A DNA stretch of 60,067 nucleotides, the filler included, from Perkinsus olseni (Eukaryota), in assembly GCA_013115125.1 (NCBI GenBank). It is 4 parts of 4 records of this genome, joined end to end, with 100 filler letters (N's around TTAATTAATTAA, not from the genome) between each part and the next. Parts side by side here need not be neighbours in the genome. Positions count along the whole stretch, not along the records: positions 1 to 14,984 come from JABANN010000712.1; positions 15,085 to 30,053 come from JABANN010000713.1; 2 more parts are not named here. One strand, 5' to 3'. The notes beneath the pieces are model-generated. The model did no database searches, was not told where the DNA came from, and saw nothing but the letters and a program-made list of their open reading frames with translations. The first letter of the stretch is position 1. Each line of letters starts with the position of its first letter. This document shows, piece by piece, positions 11,601 to 21,656 of the stretch. The position numbers and the translations under genes are program-made.

Positions 11601-13445
11601 TCAATTGCTTCCTCGCTATGGGGTGTTGATTTGATAACGAGTGTACCACACGAGGCAACCCAGTCCATTCCGAAGATGGCACTAATATTCCTAGAACCGA
11701 CAGTTAATATATTTGCTTTTTGTAACACCCATGGCTTGACTGTAACACCACGCAAACTTAGTACCGGACAATTATCAAACTTATAAGCTTCAATCTGTCC
11801 TGTGACACTTCTCAGCAATAGTTTGTGCTTCCGATATTGGCCGTCGACCTGAATTACACTCATTAATCTGAGCAGCTCTTGACTCACTAAGCTCACTGTA
11901 CTACCGGTATCAATCATCCCGTAGCAAACATCACCGCTATCATCACGGCAATTACTACTGCTATCATCACTCCTTGGTGATGTGAAAACAACAGAGAGAT
12001 AACGGCTCTCATTCTCATTCAACATCCCTTTTATTACTTTATTACTATCATTATTATCACCGCGCTGGGATGGGCACTGCCTGGACAGATGTCCTCGGCC
12101 CCCGCAACAGAAGCATCTCACTGATGACTGTTGATCATTATTTTTATATATGGCCTTCCCTCGAAGATGGAATGGCCCAGCTCGGCCCTTTCCTTTCCAA
12201 TAACGGCCTTTGCCCTTATATCCTTTAGCTTTGCCTTTACCGGAAGGCTGATAGGCTGAAACGGCAGCCACTGTCTCGGGCTCGGTCACCACAATGCTCT
12301 TAGCGAGCCTCAGGCATCCTTCAACGATGTCCCCTCGAGCTTCCCAGAGACTTTTCCACTGACTTTTCAACGCCGGAAGACCGGGAATATCGCTTGGCAG
12401 TCCTTCCCAGAACATCAAGCAGGCAGCCGCATTCTGCCACGTACGGTCCAACGATATGCTGGAAGGCCTCGCAGACGATATCAGCCTTTGAAGATCGGTC
12501 AAGTACTCAGCGGGACTCTCACCGGGACGCAGCTTACGGCCGATAAACGTATGCCAGCATTTGAAGATGTCTTCACCGTATCGTTCTATCAACACCGCCT
12601 TGGCCTTCTGGTAGAGCTTTTTATCATCAGCGACGCTGATGGTAGATGATGTCGGACAAACGTTGGCTTGGACAGTAGTGTAAGCACCACCTTGTAGGTT
12701 TAAGCGCAGAAGCGCGAACCTCTTGCCAGCCGGGACACGATCGCCCAACATTTCCAGCGTGGAGTCGAACCGTGCCAGCCACTGTACGGGATCCTCTTTA
12801 CCAGTAAACGGACTCGGCATTATGGCGAAGGAGCGAAGGGACCCATCGATGGCTGATGTTGACGATGATGATGATGATTTCACCGAAGGAACAGGAGTAG
12901 TCTTAGTCTTATCGCCACCGCCACCGCTTTGAACAGAATGGTCATCACTCTTATCACCATATTCTTGTTCGGTCTCTTCTTCTTGTCTCTCCTCCTCTTC
13001 TTCTCCTTCCTCATCACCTCCGGTCACATCTCCTCCTTTATTCTTCTCGACACCATCACCGGTGGCCTCCTCGTCACCCAAGGCGGCGACGAAGTCGTAG
13101 AAGGGCTCGTCGACAGCTAGGTCAGCCGGGTCGTAGGAGTCGCTCGAAGTCGATGGTCTGGGCACCATGTAGTGTGACAACGCAAGTGCGAGGAGTTGAT
13201 GTAGTGATGCTGGTTACAAGGGTCCTCGGCGCCGAAGGAGGTAAAGTTGAGATCATAGTGGTTCTAGTAGTACTGATTACAGAAGCTGTCCACGATATGA
13301 GAGACGCGAGCTCCCAGCGTGTTTCGAGAAGCGAAAGGGGAGGGAATCATAAAATCGGGTATCCCGGTAGAAACTGCGGGGGTATTCTTGAGCTCTTAGG
13401 ATATTTCAAGTATTTGCCCGGGGCGCGCGGCTAGCGAGCGTCACA
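8617..13445 (-). mobile_element. LTR retrotransposon with PR-RT-RH-IN order (Ty3/gypsy or BEL/Pao type)
   Basis: Putative 5' LTR 13445-13173 (TGTGAC...GTCACA). PBS TGGTGCCCAGAC starts at 13167. PPT GAAGGAGGGGAGA directly precedes the putative 3' LTR 8787-8617 (TG...GTCACA). A single gag-pol ORF lies between them. Confidence 0.9.
8813..13168 (-). CDS. Gag-Pol polyprotein (zinc knuckle, aspartic protease, reverse transcriptase, RNase H, DDE integrase)
   Basis: Uninterrupted ORF, first ATG at 13168. Motifs: CFCCGGRGHLSRQC knuckle; MIDTGS protease; DIKHAY...GFGL...YVDD RT; LYTDSS...E...YVDN...NKAD RNase H; HIDICGP/HSDNG/IERWH integrase. Confidence 0.95.
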   Translation of the reverse strand: MVPRPSTSSDSYDPADLAVDEPFYDFVAALGDEEATGDGVEKNKGGDVTGGDEEGEEEEERQEEETEQEYGDKSDDHSVQSGGGGDKTKTTPVPSVKSSSSSSTSAIDGSLRSFAIMPSPFTGKEDPVQWLARFDSTLEMLGDRVPAGKRFALLRLNLQGGAYTTVQANVCPTSSTISVADDKKLYQKAKAVLIERYGEDIFKCWHTFIGRKLRPGESPAEYLTDLQRLISSARPSSISLDRTWQNAAACLMFWEGLPSDIPGLPALKSQWKSLWEARGDIVEGCLRLAKSIVVTEPETVAAVSAYQPSGKGKAKGYKGKGRYWKGKGRAGPFHLRGKAIYKNNDQQSSVRCFCCGGRGHLSRQCPSQRGDNNDSNKVIKGMLNENESRYLSVVFTSPRSDDSSSNCRDDSGDVCYGMIDTGSTVSLVSQELLRLMSVIQVDGQYRKHKLLLRSVTGQIEAYKFDNCPVLSLRGVTVKPWVLQKANILTVGSRNISAIFGMDWVASCGTLVIKSTPHSEEAIELSINDDNDRKNRERKPHAINLGIVVPQDKKSTDEVSPERNDLSIAKRRRSSSSSNIVHHDKGKELVIDQPDLIVKRKEIGPDSYRWEVQWKWQSKPESVVYKPPYYPGAIQKLSSAELELYHKSIEDMISRGYFEPVEPRDVKGWITTLPVVSLGRSTPVRVCLDYTWLNQRIESMPNSKGKPTSATEVIRTWRTYDPEHSFIVDIKHAYMQLHVIPEQQLYQCCRFVHLPEDKQTYKMTRAGFGLNVSGKALDEAVTTILDETETNKPAKKYVDDILVAEDDLEKVQSSLSKNSFNTKPPQRVAGSTLLGIHVEEDGRWTRGKSIEKELNTVPKTRSELASIVGKLVTVYPVASWLRLVAAMLTRVSAAAKPKDHPQYDYDLPNQVQELWKHVASYIKENDPCHGQWRIQPDQEWQLYTDSSSYGIAAVLCFQNQEVEDRAWLRKEGCKRHINVAETEGVLRGLELAIDYMRAYNIKSKTIHLYVDNISVKHWLTRPDERNWRHIKGICRNAIEGRLQLIEDIKLTYNISLVVHYVSSQQNKADIPSRIPKELLVQFNKVIHAVEQENEDEDIALPIQIIGARKEKSAMLKEWLKEFPIVSGKVDIPRSRAQKLLILTHNHEGRAAQFAKLKTWVNMPGLASECNNFKCSTCSSAKAFPNDRKPLVPLHSITPAPKCWDRLHIDICGPYRQLSDGTSRYYAITAIDSHSNYVSIRPSMNAPTSTNVKDFLTLIFETFHRRPLILHSDNGSQFVSKEMESALEQWNVAHIVTPINASFANGKIERWHRYLNEYLRAHNANITMTADTFMQYAKEAAHQYNITPSSRRGGVSPHEMVFRFKPSIRPEVPIECHESYNYLQSVFKSPSSRKLKPGLDVLVRVTGTVPKLQRRWVPARVVQHIGTNRVEVIKDGDKDNKPVTVHTVNLKLL

Positions 13446-13682
13446 ATGTCACGTAGACATGGCGCTACAAGGCGCCTCTACCGACTAAGGATGTCACCCT
13501 AATATTGGCGCTCCATCCACCGTCCTCTGTCGTAATCCTGCGTGAGTGACGCGAGCGTGACGTGACCCCGTCACGCCGTGCCCTCCCATTGAATTCCGGG
13601 TTCGAGTTACGGTATTTTATCTCTCTCTCCTTCTTACCACATGTTGGGTTCGTCAGTGACGAATCGTCACAGACACCCATGA

Positions 13683-14504
13683 ACTGTTATCACCACCACA
13701 GAACCTACACCAAGCCCCACAAGCACAAAACCTACACCAAGCCCCACAAGCACAAAACCTACACCAAGCCCCACAAGCACAAAACCTACTCCGTTTCCTA
13801 CAAGCATGAACCTCCCTGGCATCAAGAAACATGTTGATGTATTCGTCTACGAGTCCTTCCTCACCGAAATTACCTTCCTCGCCGACCATGACTCCGGTTT
13901 TGGTATGATTTCTATTGAGTGCAGTGCCTCAAATCCGTACCAAAGTACCTGGTTCAGACTTCAGCCCGATGCAAAGAACCCGGCGTCCATTCATGCAGTC
14001 CCGCCATCTGGCCCTGGGAGGGAGGCTCACGATGCTTGGCTTGCTGGGGCACGAGCTGCATGTCCGTTGTCTACATTCGACCAAGACGACTTCGAGTCCT
14101 TCGTAGTCGACGAAAATGGTAACGCACATGCCGGTTTCGTACTCCATCGTCGCTGGGTTCCATACGTCCCAGGGGTTTTCAAGGTCCGCCCTGGAAGCTT
14201 GCATGGACTCGATATGTTTACACATGTCTCGGCGGAGGGACTCTGTCAAGTTGTACTCACTTGTAGTTGGACTTCCGCCTACCGCTTTAAGCTCGTGGGA
14301 ATGGGTATTGGTCAAGGTTACAAGGTGATGGCAACGGATACATATACTTTGGACCGTCTTGTCACCGACCTCAAGAAGAACTGTCCTAATCTTCCTGAGG
14401 AGTATTACGCCGTAACGAAGTGGAATACTATGAGGTTTGACTCCCCCGACGCGGTCTTCCTTACCGGTAACTACATTACCGATCGTGCTTACCGCACATC
14501 TTAA
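13683..14504 (+). CDS. Hypothetical protein (232-aa ORF from ATG 13806) preceded in frame by a Pro/Thr/Ser mucin-like repeat; probably 5'-incomplete
   Basis: The frame is open from 13683 (after TGA 13680-13682): TVITTTEPTPSPTSTKPTPSPTSTKPTPSPTSTKPTPFPTS-MNLPGIKKH.... No recognisable domain. Confidence 0.55.
   Translation, partial: TVITTTEPTPSPTSTKPTPSPTSTKPTPSPTSTKPTPFPTSMNLPGIKKHVDVFVYESFLTEITFLADHDSGFGMISIECSASNPYQSTWFRLQPDAKNPASIHAVPPSGPGREAHDAWLAGARAACPLSTFDQDDFESFVVDENGNAHAGFVLHRRWVPYVPGVFKVRPGSLHGLDMFTHVSAEGLCQVVLTCSWTSAYRFKLVGMGIGQGYKVMATDTYTLDRLVTDLKKNCPNLPEEYYAVTKWNTMRFDSPDAVFLTGNYITDRAYRTS
13703..13790 (+). repeat. 27-bp tandem repeat, about 3.3 copies
   Basis: Unit acctacaccaagccccacaagcacaaa. 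Confidence 0.95.
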
Positions 14505-14984
14505 GTACTGATTGGTAAAACTGGTCGTACCTGTTGCAGATTGACGGCAACTCATCAAGTGCTACTCAATCTTGATCCATTTTCTCATGTACACGGTGTA
14601 CCGTTGACTCGACGGTGACCGTCAATCCGCGGACACGCTTTGTCACAAAGCTCATTTTTTAAGATTCTCTCGTCTGGTGAAGATCATTGACTGAGACAGA
14701 CTTCGATATGTCAATAACTGTCATGAGCAGAACCAGTGTTGGTCGATAAATCATCCTGAGAATACCCACTTTTTCCTCCTCACCAACGTTGCCGTTGTTG
14801 TGTTATGAGTAGTTGATCCAAGCTGTCACTAGTAAACGCCAGCCTTGGTAATACCAAGTTGGTATTCATCTCATCATCCAGTATGATAACAGTGTTATTA
14901 TAAAATGGGCATGTCTGACGAACTACACGAAGCCCGCGCAGTGTAGAGTGGTGCAAATACAGAGACGAAGCAAGCGCTCGCCTG

Positions 14985-15084
14985 NNNNNNNNNNNNNNNN
15001 NNNNNNNNNNNNNNNNNNNNNNNNNNNNTTAATTAATTAANNNNNNNNNNNNNNNNNNNNNNNNNNNNNNNNNNNNNNNNNNNN
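14985..15084. other. Artificial contig linker (N-run, TTAATTAATTAA, N-run)
   Basis: 100-bp spacer with a six-frame stop cassette; same design as the other two linkers. Confidence 0.97.
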
Positions 15085-15200
15085 AGGGCAAGCAAATCGT
15101 TGCTCACTACCAGCATTATAGATATAACATCGCGAAGTTGTTGATACGAGCTCGCTACACACAGGCTATACACCAGAGCTGGGTGATTCATACTTGCGAG

Positions 15201-16255
15201 CTAACTCACTGAAACAGTCTCAGTCTGACTCTCAGTGACGCTCAGGGAGACTTGGTGACTAAACGAGTCTGTCATAATGCAAGTGCCCCTCCTACGGTCA
15301 GGGGGCCATTTGATGACGCTGTATTGCTGCGGCGTGTCGTCGAATAGTTCGTACTTGAGGGGAAGCTCCTTGGGCTCGGGATGGTCCAGTCTCCACTGAG
15401 CCTGTAGTAGATCGTGGTTAGCCCTCTTCGCGCTGGCTAGCATGTGAGTAGGAATACCTCCTCACTTCGTCTGTGAGCATGTGAGTGTTTCCATTGCAGC
15501 TCTCCCTTCTCGTTCACTATGGTCGCGTGTGACCCTGATTGCAATTGCGTTTTTTCGTACACAATTTCCTGACCGAATTGAATTGACCCCAGACCAAAAT
15601 CGTGAACTACTTGAAGGGCAATTTCAGAGCAGCATTGAGGCTAAGTGTAGCAGCAGTGTGATGATTGTATCGCTGATCCTATCTCGCCCCGTGTAATCCA
15701 GGGAACACAATACCCAGATATAGGCGAGGTTAATCTCAATTGATTATCCAATCTCAATCAATCATTCACAGTTGAATAATAGATCACTTAAGCCTAGCAG
15801 TAGACAATATCACAATACATTGCGTGGCGAGCGACAGCCGACACGACAACACCCCGATAAGAAGCTACGTTCAAGTGGCGGATGACAAGAAGACAGCAGA
15901 TGAAAGATCGGATTCCAGATGGCAAGACCCGGGTGTTGTGTTCTCAATCAGCCAGTCTCTTCACGACAGTATTATGACGACGAATGACAAAATAGCGAAA
16001 CATAACTATAGTGGGCACGTGACGCCGATTCCTCTTCTACTGTGCTGCTCACCATGCCCGTGTTGATGAAGCGCGAACTCCTTCAGAACCCTGAAAGGTG
16101 ATCTCAGTTTCGTCACTTTCAGTGCTTGTCGCCCCTTACAAAGGGTCACCTTCTTGATAGGTCACAGTGGGTCCGGGCCTTTGTAGAACTGATTGCAAAT
16201 CACCCATACGTGGCACAACTATCCAGGGAAGAACTGGGCAGAGCGCTTGTACATG
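15201..16255 (-). CDS. Hypothetical multi-exon protein fragment
   Basis: Phase-compatible GT-AG exons: ...LQRPGPTVTYQEGDPL|VLKEFALHQHGH|ASAKRANHDLLQAQWRLDHPEPKELPLKYELFDDTPQQYSVIKWPPD. No domain recognised. Confidence 0.35.
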
Positions 16256-16286
16256 ACACACGGTGAGTTGAATGATCGTTCAACGT

Positions 16287-16400
16287 CTGTGTGTGAGTTT
16301 ATAGTCCAACGCTTGCGGTTCCGGCTTAGTTAGACTCGAAGCCGATGTGCTCAGTTGGGGACTTTCTGTAGCGTTGACATGCCATGCAATCAGGGAGATT
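16287..16400 (-). mobile_element. Short retroposon family, copy C, with 12-bp TSD
   Basis: Flanked by ATCGTTCAACGT (16275-16286) and ATCGTTAAACGT (16401-16412), 11/12 identical. (CA)n tail on the minus strand. Confidence 0.85.
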
Positions 16401-16742
16401 ATCGTTAAACGTAGCCCGATAGATGAGAGGCTGAGCACGCGACCCTCCCATTCAAGAAACTATTTTAGAAACCCAGGATCAATGCCGAAATTGATTTTTA
16501 GACGCGAAATGCCTTCTGAACTTCAGACTTGGTTTACTGAACATCCCATTCTTGCCAGTGAAACTACTTCTGAAACCCGAAGATTTCGGGTCGAGATGAA
16601 TTTCAAGATCGAATTTTACTCAATGATGGTGAACTTGAGGCCCTTAAGTTGAGGGCCACGCACGCAGTAAAAATGTCGGCAAAACACCGATGATCAACTC
16701 ACCGGCAAGACAGTTCACACTCAGTCACCACCCGCTGGGAGA

Positions 16743-17477
16743 TTGTCGAGCCCGGAAGGTTCGGTTCAGCTTGGTGTTAACACTCCACGCCACGATGAGG
16801 CGCTAAACGAGACCTACCTAAACACGGATTCATCTCTTGCGTCTTGTGTGCGAATCTTGCGCACTTCCACTTCCTCAACTTGTGTTTTTCGTACGTTTCA
16901 CAAGGTTTGCTGCAAACCGTTTGCAGTCGGTCGAGCTCCTTCACCGACGGAAATCGTATCAGGTTGCTCCATTGTTCGTATGGTTACAGCCTCTCCAATA
17001 TCGTATTCAAGTCTTGCTCGACTCAAACCCCCCAGTTACGTGCGTGATTCTGACATCGATCGCTCCGATTTGACGGAGGTCCTGGGGGCCATTCTACCGA
17101 GGCCCTCCGCGGCATCAACATGCAGTACCTCTGTAGTGGGCCATGCTCCTCCCACTCTTGTAAAGTTGAGCCCCTTGCCGGCTAGAGTCCGGGCGAGGAC
17201 GTTCGGAGAGACCTTGAGGTCGCTTGGTGTGAATCTAAGGTCGGTCACGGTACGCAGGAGCAATGACGCCTCGCACTCAGCGGTCTACGCGGAAGTTTAT
17301 GAGCGGAGCGATGCTGATATTATCCTTTCACGGTTGAACAAGCGTCCCTATGTTATCAATTTGGGAGATGAGGTTGGGCCGTGTCGTATCTGTTTAACTG
17401 TGACTGTTCTCGACGGCTACGTTCTGTCTCAAGTCCTCTCCCTCTCTGGCATCGTTGAGGTTATTCGTAACATCTAG
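16743..17477 (+). CDS. Hypothetical protein, 244-aa ORF with a non-ATG start in the ORF track
   Basis: Long open frame. The C-terminal half has an alpha/beta, weakly RRM-like pattern (HSAVYAEVYERSDADIILSRLN). No firm homology. Confidence 0.3.
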   Translation: MSSPEGSVQLGVNTPRHDEALNETYLNTDSSLASCVRILRTSTSSTCVFRTFHKVCCKPFAVGRAPSPTEIVSGCSIVRMVTASPISYSSLARLKPPSYVRDSDIDRSDLTEVLGAILPRPSAASTCSTSVVGHAPPTLVKLSPLPARVRARTFGETLRSLGVNLRSVTVRRSNDASHSAVYAEVYERSDADIILSRLNKRPYVINLGDEVGPCRICLTVTVLDGYVLSQVLSLSGIVEVIRNI

Positions 17478-18678
17478 CCGGGACGCCCCATTGTGTCTTC
17501 GACTGCGGTATTCAACGGTTTTCGTTATTTCTCCACTTCTTCGCAAGCATCGCCACTCGACCGCTCTTACTTGGCCGGTCCGAGTCGGTATTGGGCGCTC
17601 ACGTGTTCTCATCACTCTGTGAGGGCCTCTTTTTCGTCACCGTAGGTCGTGTATAATTGTCTATTACTAGCAGTACCATCAGTGTCATCTCCAGTGCTTG
17701 CAGCGGCAGTTCGTCTCGACCGTTCACGTTTTGCGTGAGTCCAATAATTCATTCGGCAGTGATCGTTGGGCTGTGAATTTGCGCGGCGAAAGGGGAGTGT
17801 CGAGTTCATCAACCACCGGACCGCTGCGCATTGCCCTCGAGGAATTTCACCCTTGTTTTGCACCCGGACGCATATCGCGATATGATATGTGGTATGTGCC
17901 CGCGTGTCGGAGAAAAGAGGAGCCAACCGTCGGTGACCACAACGGTCAATGCGACCTGTGGTCGGCTGGACTACACCTTCACCTGTGATAGCTGTATTCT
18001 CTTTTCTGTATAGCTCTCTGCTACTGGTCGAACTTGCTCTCGTCACGTTGTTGAGTGTGAAAGAATCCGGGAAGAGAATTTTCGGCGGCGTCATCCGACC
18101 GAATCCAGAAGCCAGAGACTGGGAGAGGCTCTCCCGGAGAGATTGTCAGCAGTGACCAGGCCACTGTGGCCTGAATTGTCGAAAATCTAGGCGTGGATTT
18201 CCGTGGAGGTGTGATAATCTGTGATTATCTGATTCACCCAGCTTCGCTTATCTGATTCTCTGATTATCTGATTCACGGAGAAGCAACAATGATCGATGGC
18301 GTGGCGGAATGGCCACTGTTGATCGATTCATCCACAGTCCCCCTCATGTTGTGAGACATCTTCGTGTAATTACGACAGCATGATCGGGCCCGCTGAGGTA
18401 TAAGGAAATTCCTTTATTCGTTTTCCAAAGTTTTTCAGTGACTCTCTATATTCTCGTTTGGCTGGTGACTGTATCCTTCCCGTCGAGGAGCTGAGCGGAG
18501 TTGTTGTTGACGCGAAGGCAGCAGGCCGAAGAATGCATTCCACATAGCAAAAGCCAGGTGTTGTTGGCCCAGTCAGGCGTTTTGATGAACCACCAACATT
18601 CAGTTTTAATAAACCGGCCTTACTAACACTGAGTATTGTGTCTGTCAGGGTTCATGGTAAGATTAGCGTTTCAGTTGC

Positions 18679-19728
18679 TTGCTGATCTCGATGGTGTCTT
18701 CAACCTTCCGGAGCCGCCAGATGACGGCACTTTCACTCGAGTTGGCAGCAGTGGAGAGGCTCTGCCAGCGAAATTCAAATCTCGACCTGTCGATGGGTAT
18801 CTTTCAACTTGTATTCGACCATCTTGGCCGTCGTTCCTTTGTTCTGGAGAAAGTCCGCAAGGACTCGAAGGTTGAGGTTCCGGAGGGGTCTCCAGGGTGG
18901 TACATGTTTACACGAGGGGGAGAAGTATGTATCGCCGGCTACTCGATGCAGAAGGGTTGTGCATGCGTGCAAATTCATACCACTCCTTTCTCAAATCCTA
19001 CACGGTTCACTATAAGCAATACTGTTGGTCATGGAAGATACTGCTTTGCCTACGATTCTCTCTTCGACCGTCTATTTGTATTTTCGGAGAGCGCCTTTTC
19101 CCTCTATTCACTCAACTTGGCGACCGGCCAAGTTTCGCGTCACGGCGTGCTTGATCTTCCTTCGCAACAACCACTATCTAGCTCTTCCGTCAGTCGCTAC
19201 GCCATTGATTGTGCCAAAAACTGTATTATTATAACGGCTCTTGGAAAGGCCCCTCAAGACCCTCTCGCGGCTACTGTAATGACAGTGTATTCAGTAAGGC
19301 TCAGTGGCGAGGTTACCGATGCGACGATGATATGGTCGAAGACCGTTGAAGGGTTCCTCTACCCTGAGTATGCGGAATTGTCGGTTAATTGCGACGAACT
19401 GGGAGAGCTGGCGAGGAGAACTCGACTGGTGGCTTGTGAGGGTGGAGAAAGTGGCTGTTTAGAAGTGGACATTATTGTTCGGAAAACTGATGGCAAATTA
19501 ATTCACGAAAGTGTTTCTCCTGGGCGTGCGGGAGAGTTCTCTAGATGGCTAGACATTTCAGAGGAGCTGAAAATTAGCGGAGCGAAGCTGTCGGAGGAAG
19601 CCTCGTCATTTGGTCCGATAGTATGCGTTCAACAGAGGGGTAAATTCATTGATATTTTGAGGACGCCCTGGGGCTCACCCAGTCCCAAGGAACTTGTTTT
19701 GGAATCTTTCATCATCGACCTAAGATAG
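18679..19728 (+). CDS. Hypothetical intronless protein (about 340 aa)
   Basis: 349-codon ORF with protein-like, beta-rich composition. The true start is probably one of the first ATGs (about 18691 or 18721). Confidence 0.65.
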   Translation: MLISMVSSTFRSRQMTALSLELAAVERLCQRNSNLDLSMGIFQLVFDHLGRRSFVLEKVRKDSKVEVPEGSPGWYMFTRGGEVCIAGYSMQKGCACVQIHTTPFSNPTRFTISNTVGHGRYCFAYDSLFDRLFVFSESAFSLYSLNLATGQVSRHGVLDLPSQQPLSSSSVSRYAIDCAKNCIIITALGKAPQDPLAATVMTVYSVRLSGEVTDATMIWSKTVEGFLYPEYAELSVNCDELGELARRTRLVACEGGESGCLEVDIIVRKTDGKLIHESVSPGRAGEFSRWLDISEELKISGAKLSEEASSFGPIVCVQQRGKFIDILRTPWGSPSPKELVLESFIIDLR

Positions 19729-20271
19729 GATTAGATAGAAAAGCATGCATTGTGTAGCGTGACGAGTGTTGAGTTTTGTGGCGCGCGGTCAATCCTGGAA
19801 GTCTCTGGATTCTTAAGGTCGGATCTATGGGTAAGCTGGAATGACCGGGCAATGGCATCGTGACGCTGCACGCATGCGCAGCGTAGGAAAACAAGGGAGT
19901 GTTCACGTTAATTGATCGACCATCTTTCCACTAGGTCGCCTTCGGCGATCTCTCGTCCACGGTTTATAGCAGAGAGTTAATAGTTGATTGATTCTCCCGT
20001 GGTTTGCGAGAATTTTTCTATCTTTTCGAAACTGTCAATTTCCTCTTAGTTGCCGAATCGGTCATACTCGTCGAGTGTTCCCGTTGTATAATACAGCCAC
20101 ATCCATGGGAGTGCATCTTGCCAGTTAGTGTAGCCTATATTTTGCTCCTCTGCGTGTAGCTGATGATGCTTACGTGATGAGAAACTGCTTCTATTTCGGC
20201 ACATCCCTTGGTAAATCGAAACCTCAAGGTCGTCGCTGTGCTTTTGCACGTGGGTCTGCATCTAGCTATCA

Positions 20272-21656
20272 TCAATCGACATTCTCTGTGCATTTGGCTT
20301 GGCTGCCTTCGTCATACATCGTGCTGTACGTGGTAAGATCGCCACGTCTCTCTGAGAGACCCTCCCAGCTCCAAAAGGTGCCGGCTGTCACGCCGATGCC
20401 GTCGCCAGCTGCTGCTGCTGCTGCTGCCTTGCTGCGCACTGGATTGAAGCTTTCCTCATACAGCGTGCTGTACAGGGTACGTTCACCACGTCTCTCAGCG
20501 CAGAGGCCGCTTGCGGCTGGCACGCCAGTTCTCGGTTTGTTCAGCTTCTCGTCTTCCCCTCTCTGATCTCCTGAAAAATGAGCACCTACGCTTCGATGAC
20601 CATCGCTGAGCTACGCAGTCTGCTGACGAGGAATGGCGTTAAAGTACCGCAGAGCAGCGTCAAGAAGGCTGTGCTGGTCAAGTAAGCAGCTTCAGTGTCA
20701 TGCCGCTCCTCGTTGCATGATTTCCGGATGGTGTGGTATGTATATATCTAATTTGGTTCGCATGCATGGGAGTTTTACCGGCAGTCATAAAAACACTCAC
20801 ATTCATGTCGTTCATTATCCGAAAACCCGCCGCTCGTTTTACGGGTAAAACTCCATCGTTTACGGTCATTCTTAAGTGAGTGGAAGTGCAGCGAGTCCGG
20901 AGGGCAACGGAACAGCAAAGCTCCTGTGGTCGGTGATGCGATCCACAGGAGAAGCTTACAGCGGAGCGTAGTTCTGTGTCGTGCAAAATGGGGCAGCTAA
21001 GGTTTCACGATATTGCTATCATTACTCGGATTGATCTCCGGACTTTGCGAATTGCGGGAGTTGATCATTTCGAGATCAACTCTTTCTCTCTGTTTCCGTC
21101 ATCAACTCTTTTGTCTATCTTCGATGAACCTCATACCACACCATGCCCAATTAATAGGGGAAGGCCTCTCACTTTGATATTCAATCTTGTAGTAGGCAGC
21201 TCGTCAGGAGTTATATCCTTCATGAGGTCAATCGCTTCGATCTGTTGATTGCGATAGACCTTCCCCGTGTTGTTTGGTACGGTTCGTTTTCAGCATGTGT
21301 CTGAAGGAGCTTGGGCCGGAGGGCTCGCGACGGGAGTCCTCAGTCGTCAGTCCGCCGCCACTGACGCCACCAAGTTCGAGAGGAAGCAGTAGGTTGGGGC
21401 TGATTCTGATAGAATTTCCGGGAAATTGATAACCTTTCTAGTGCTCTTGGGATATCTACCGGCCTTCTTAATGAGGATTTCCTCTCCTCCGAAGATTTCC
21501 GTAATTTTTCCGGCAATATTCTACCAGGACTGGTCGTTGTGATAATATCGGCAAAGATCGCTTCGCTCCGCCTTTTTTAGGCCCGATCAGATCAACGACA
21601 TCACATCGCGGCAAATCCAGTAGAGAAAAGCGATCTGCAGCTAGCAAGGAATCCAT
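20272..21656 (-). CDS. Candidate antisense gene interleaved with the 5' introns of the Src1-like gene
   Basis: Minus-strand segments MDSLLAADRFSLLDLPRCDVVDLIGPKKGGAKRSLPILSQRPVL|VYRNQQIEAIDLMKDITPDELPTTRLNIK|..., plus a terminal exon with a duplicated motif ERRGERTLYSTLYEESF / ERRGDLTTYSTMYDEGS. Not all phases resolved. Confidence 0.35.

Noticed and set aside
16287-16400. The dispersed structured repeat as a self-cleaving ribozyme or snRNA
   Set aside because: No hammerhead core (CUGANGA/GAAA), HDV-like fold or Sm site could be fitted. The TSDs and (CA)n tail favour a retroposon. An Infernal search would be decisive.
18214-18276. Clustered gattatctgattc repeats
   Set aside because: Short, degenerate local duplication with no associated feature.
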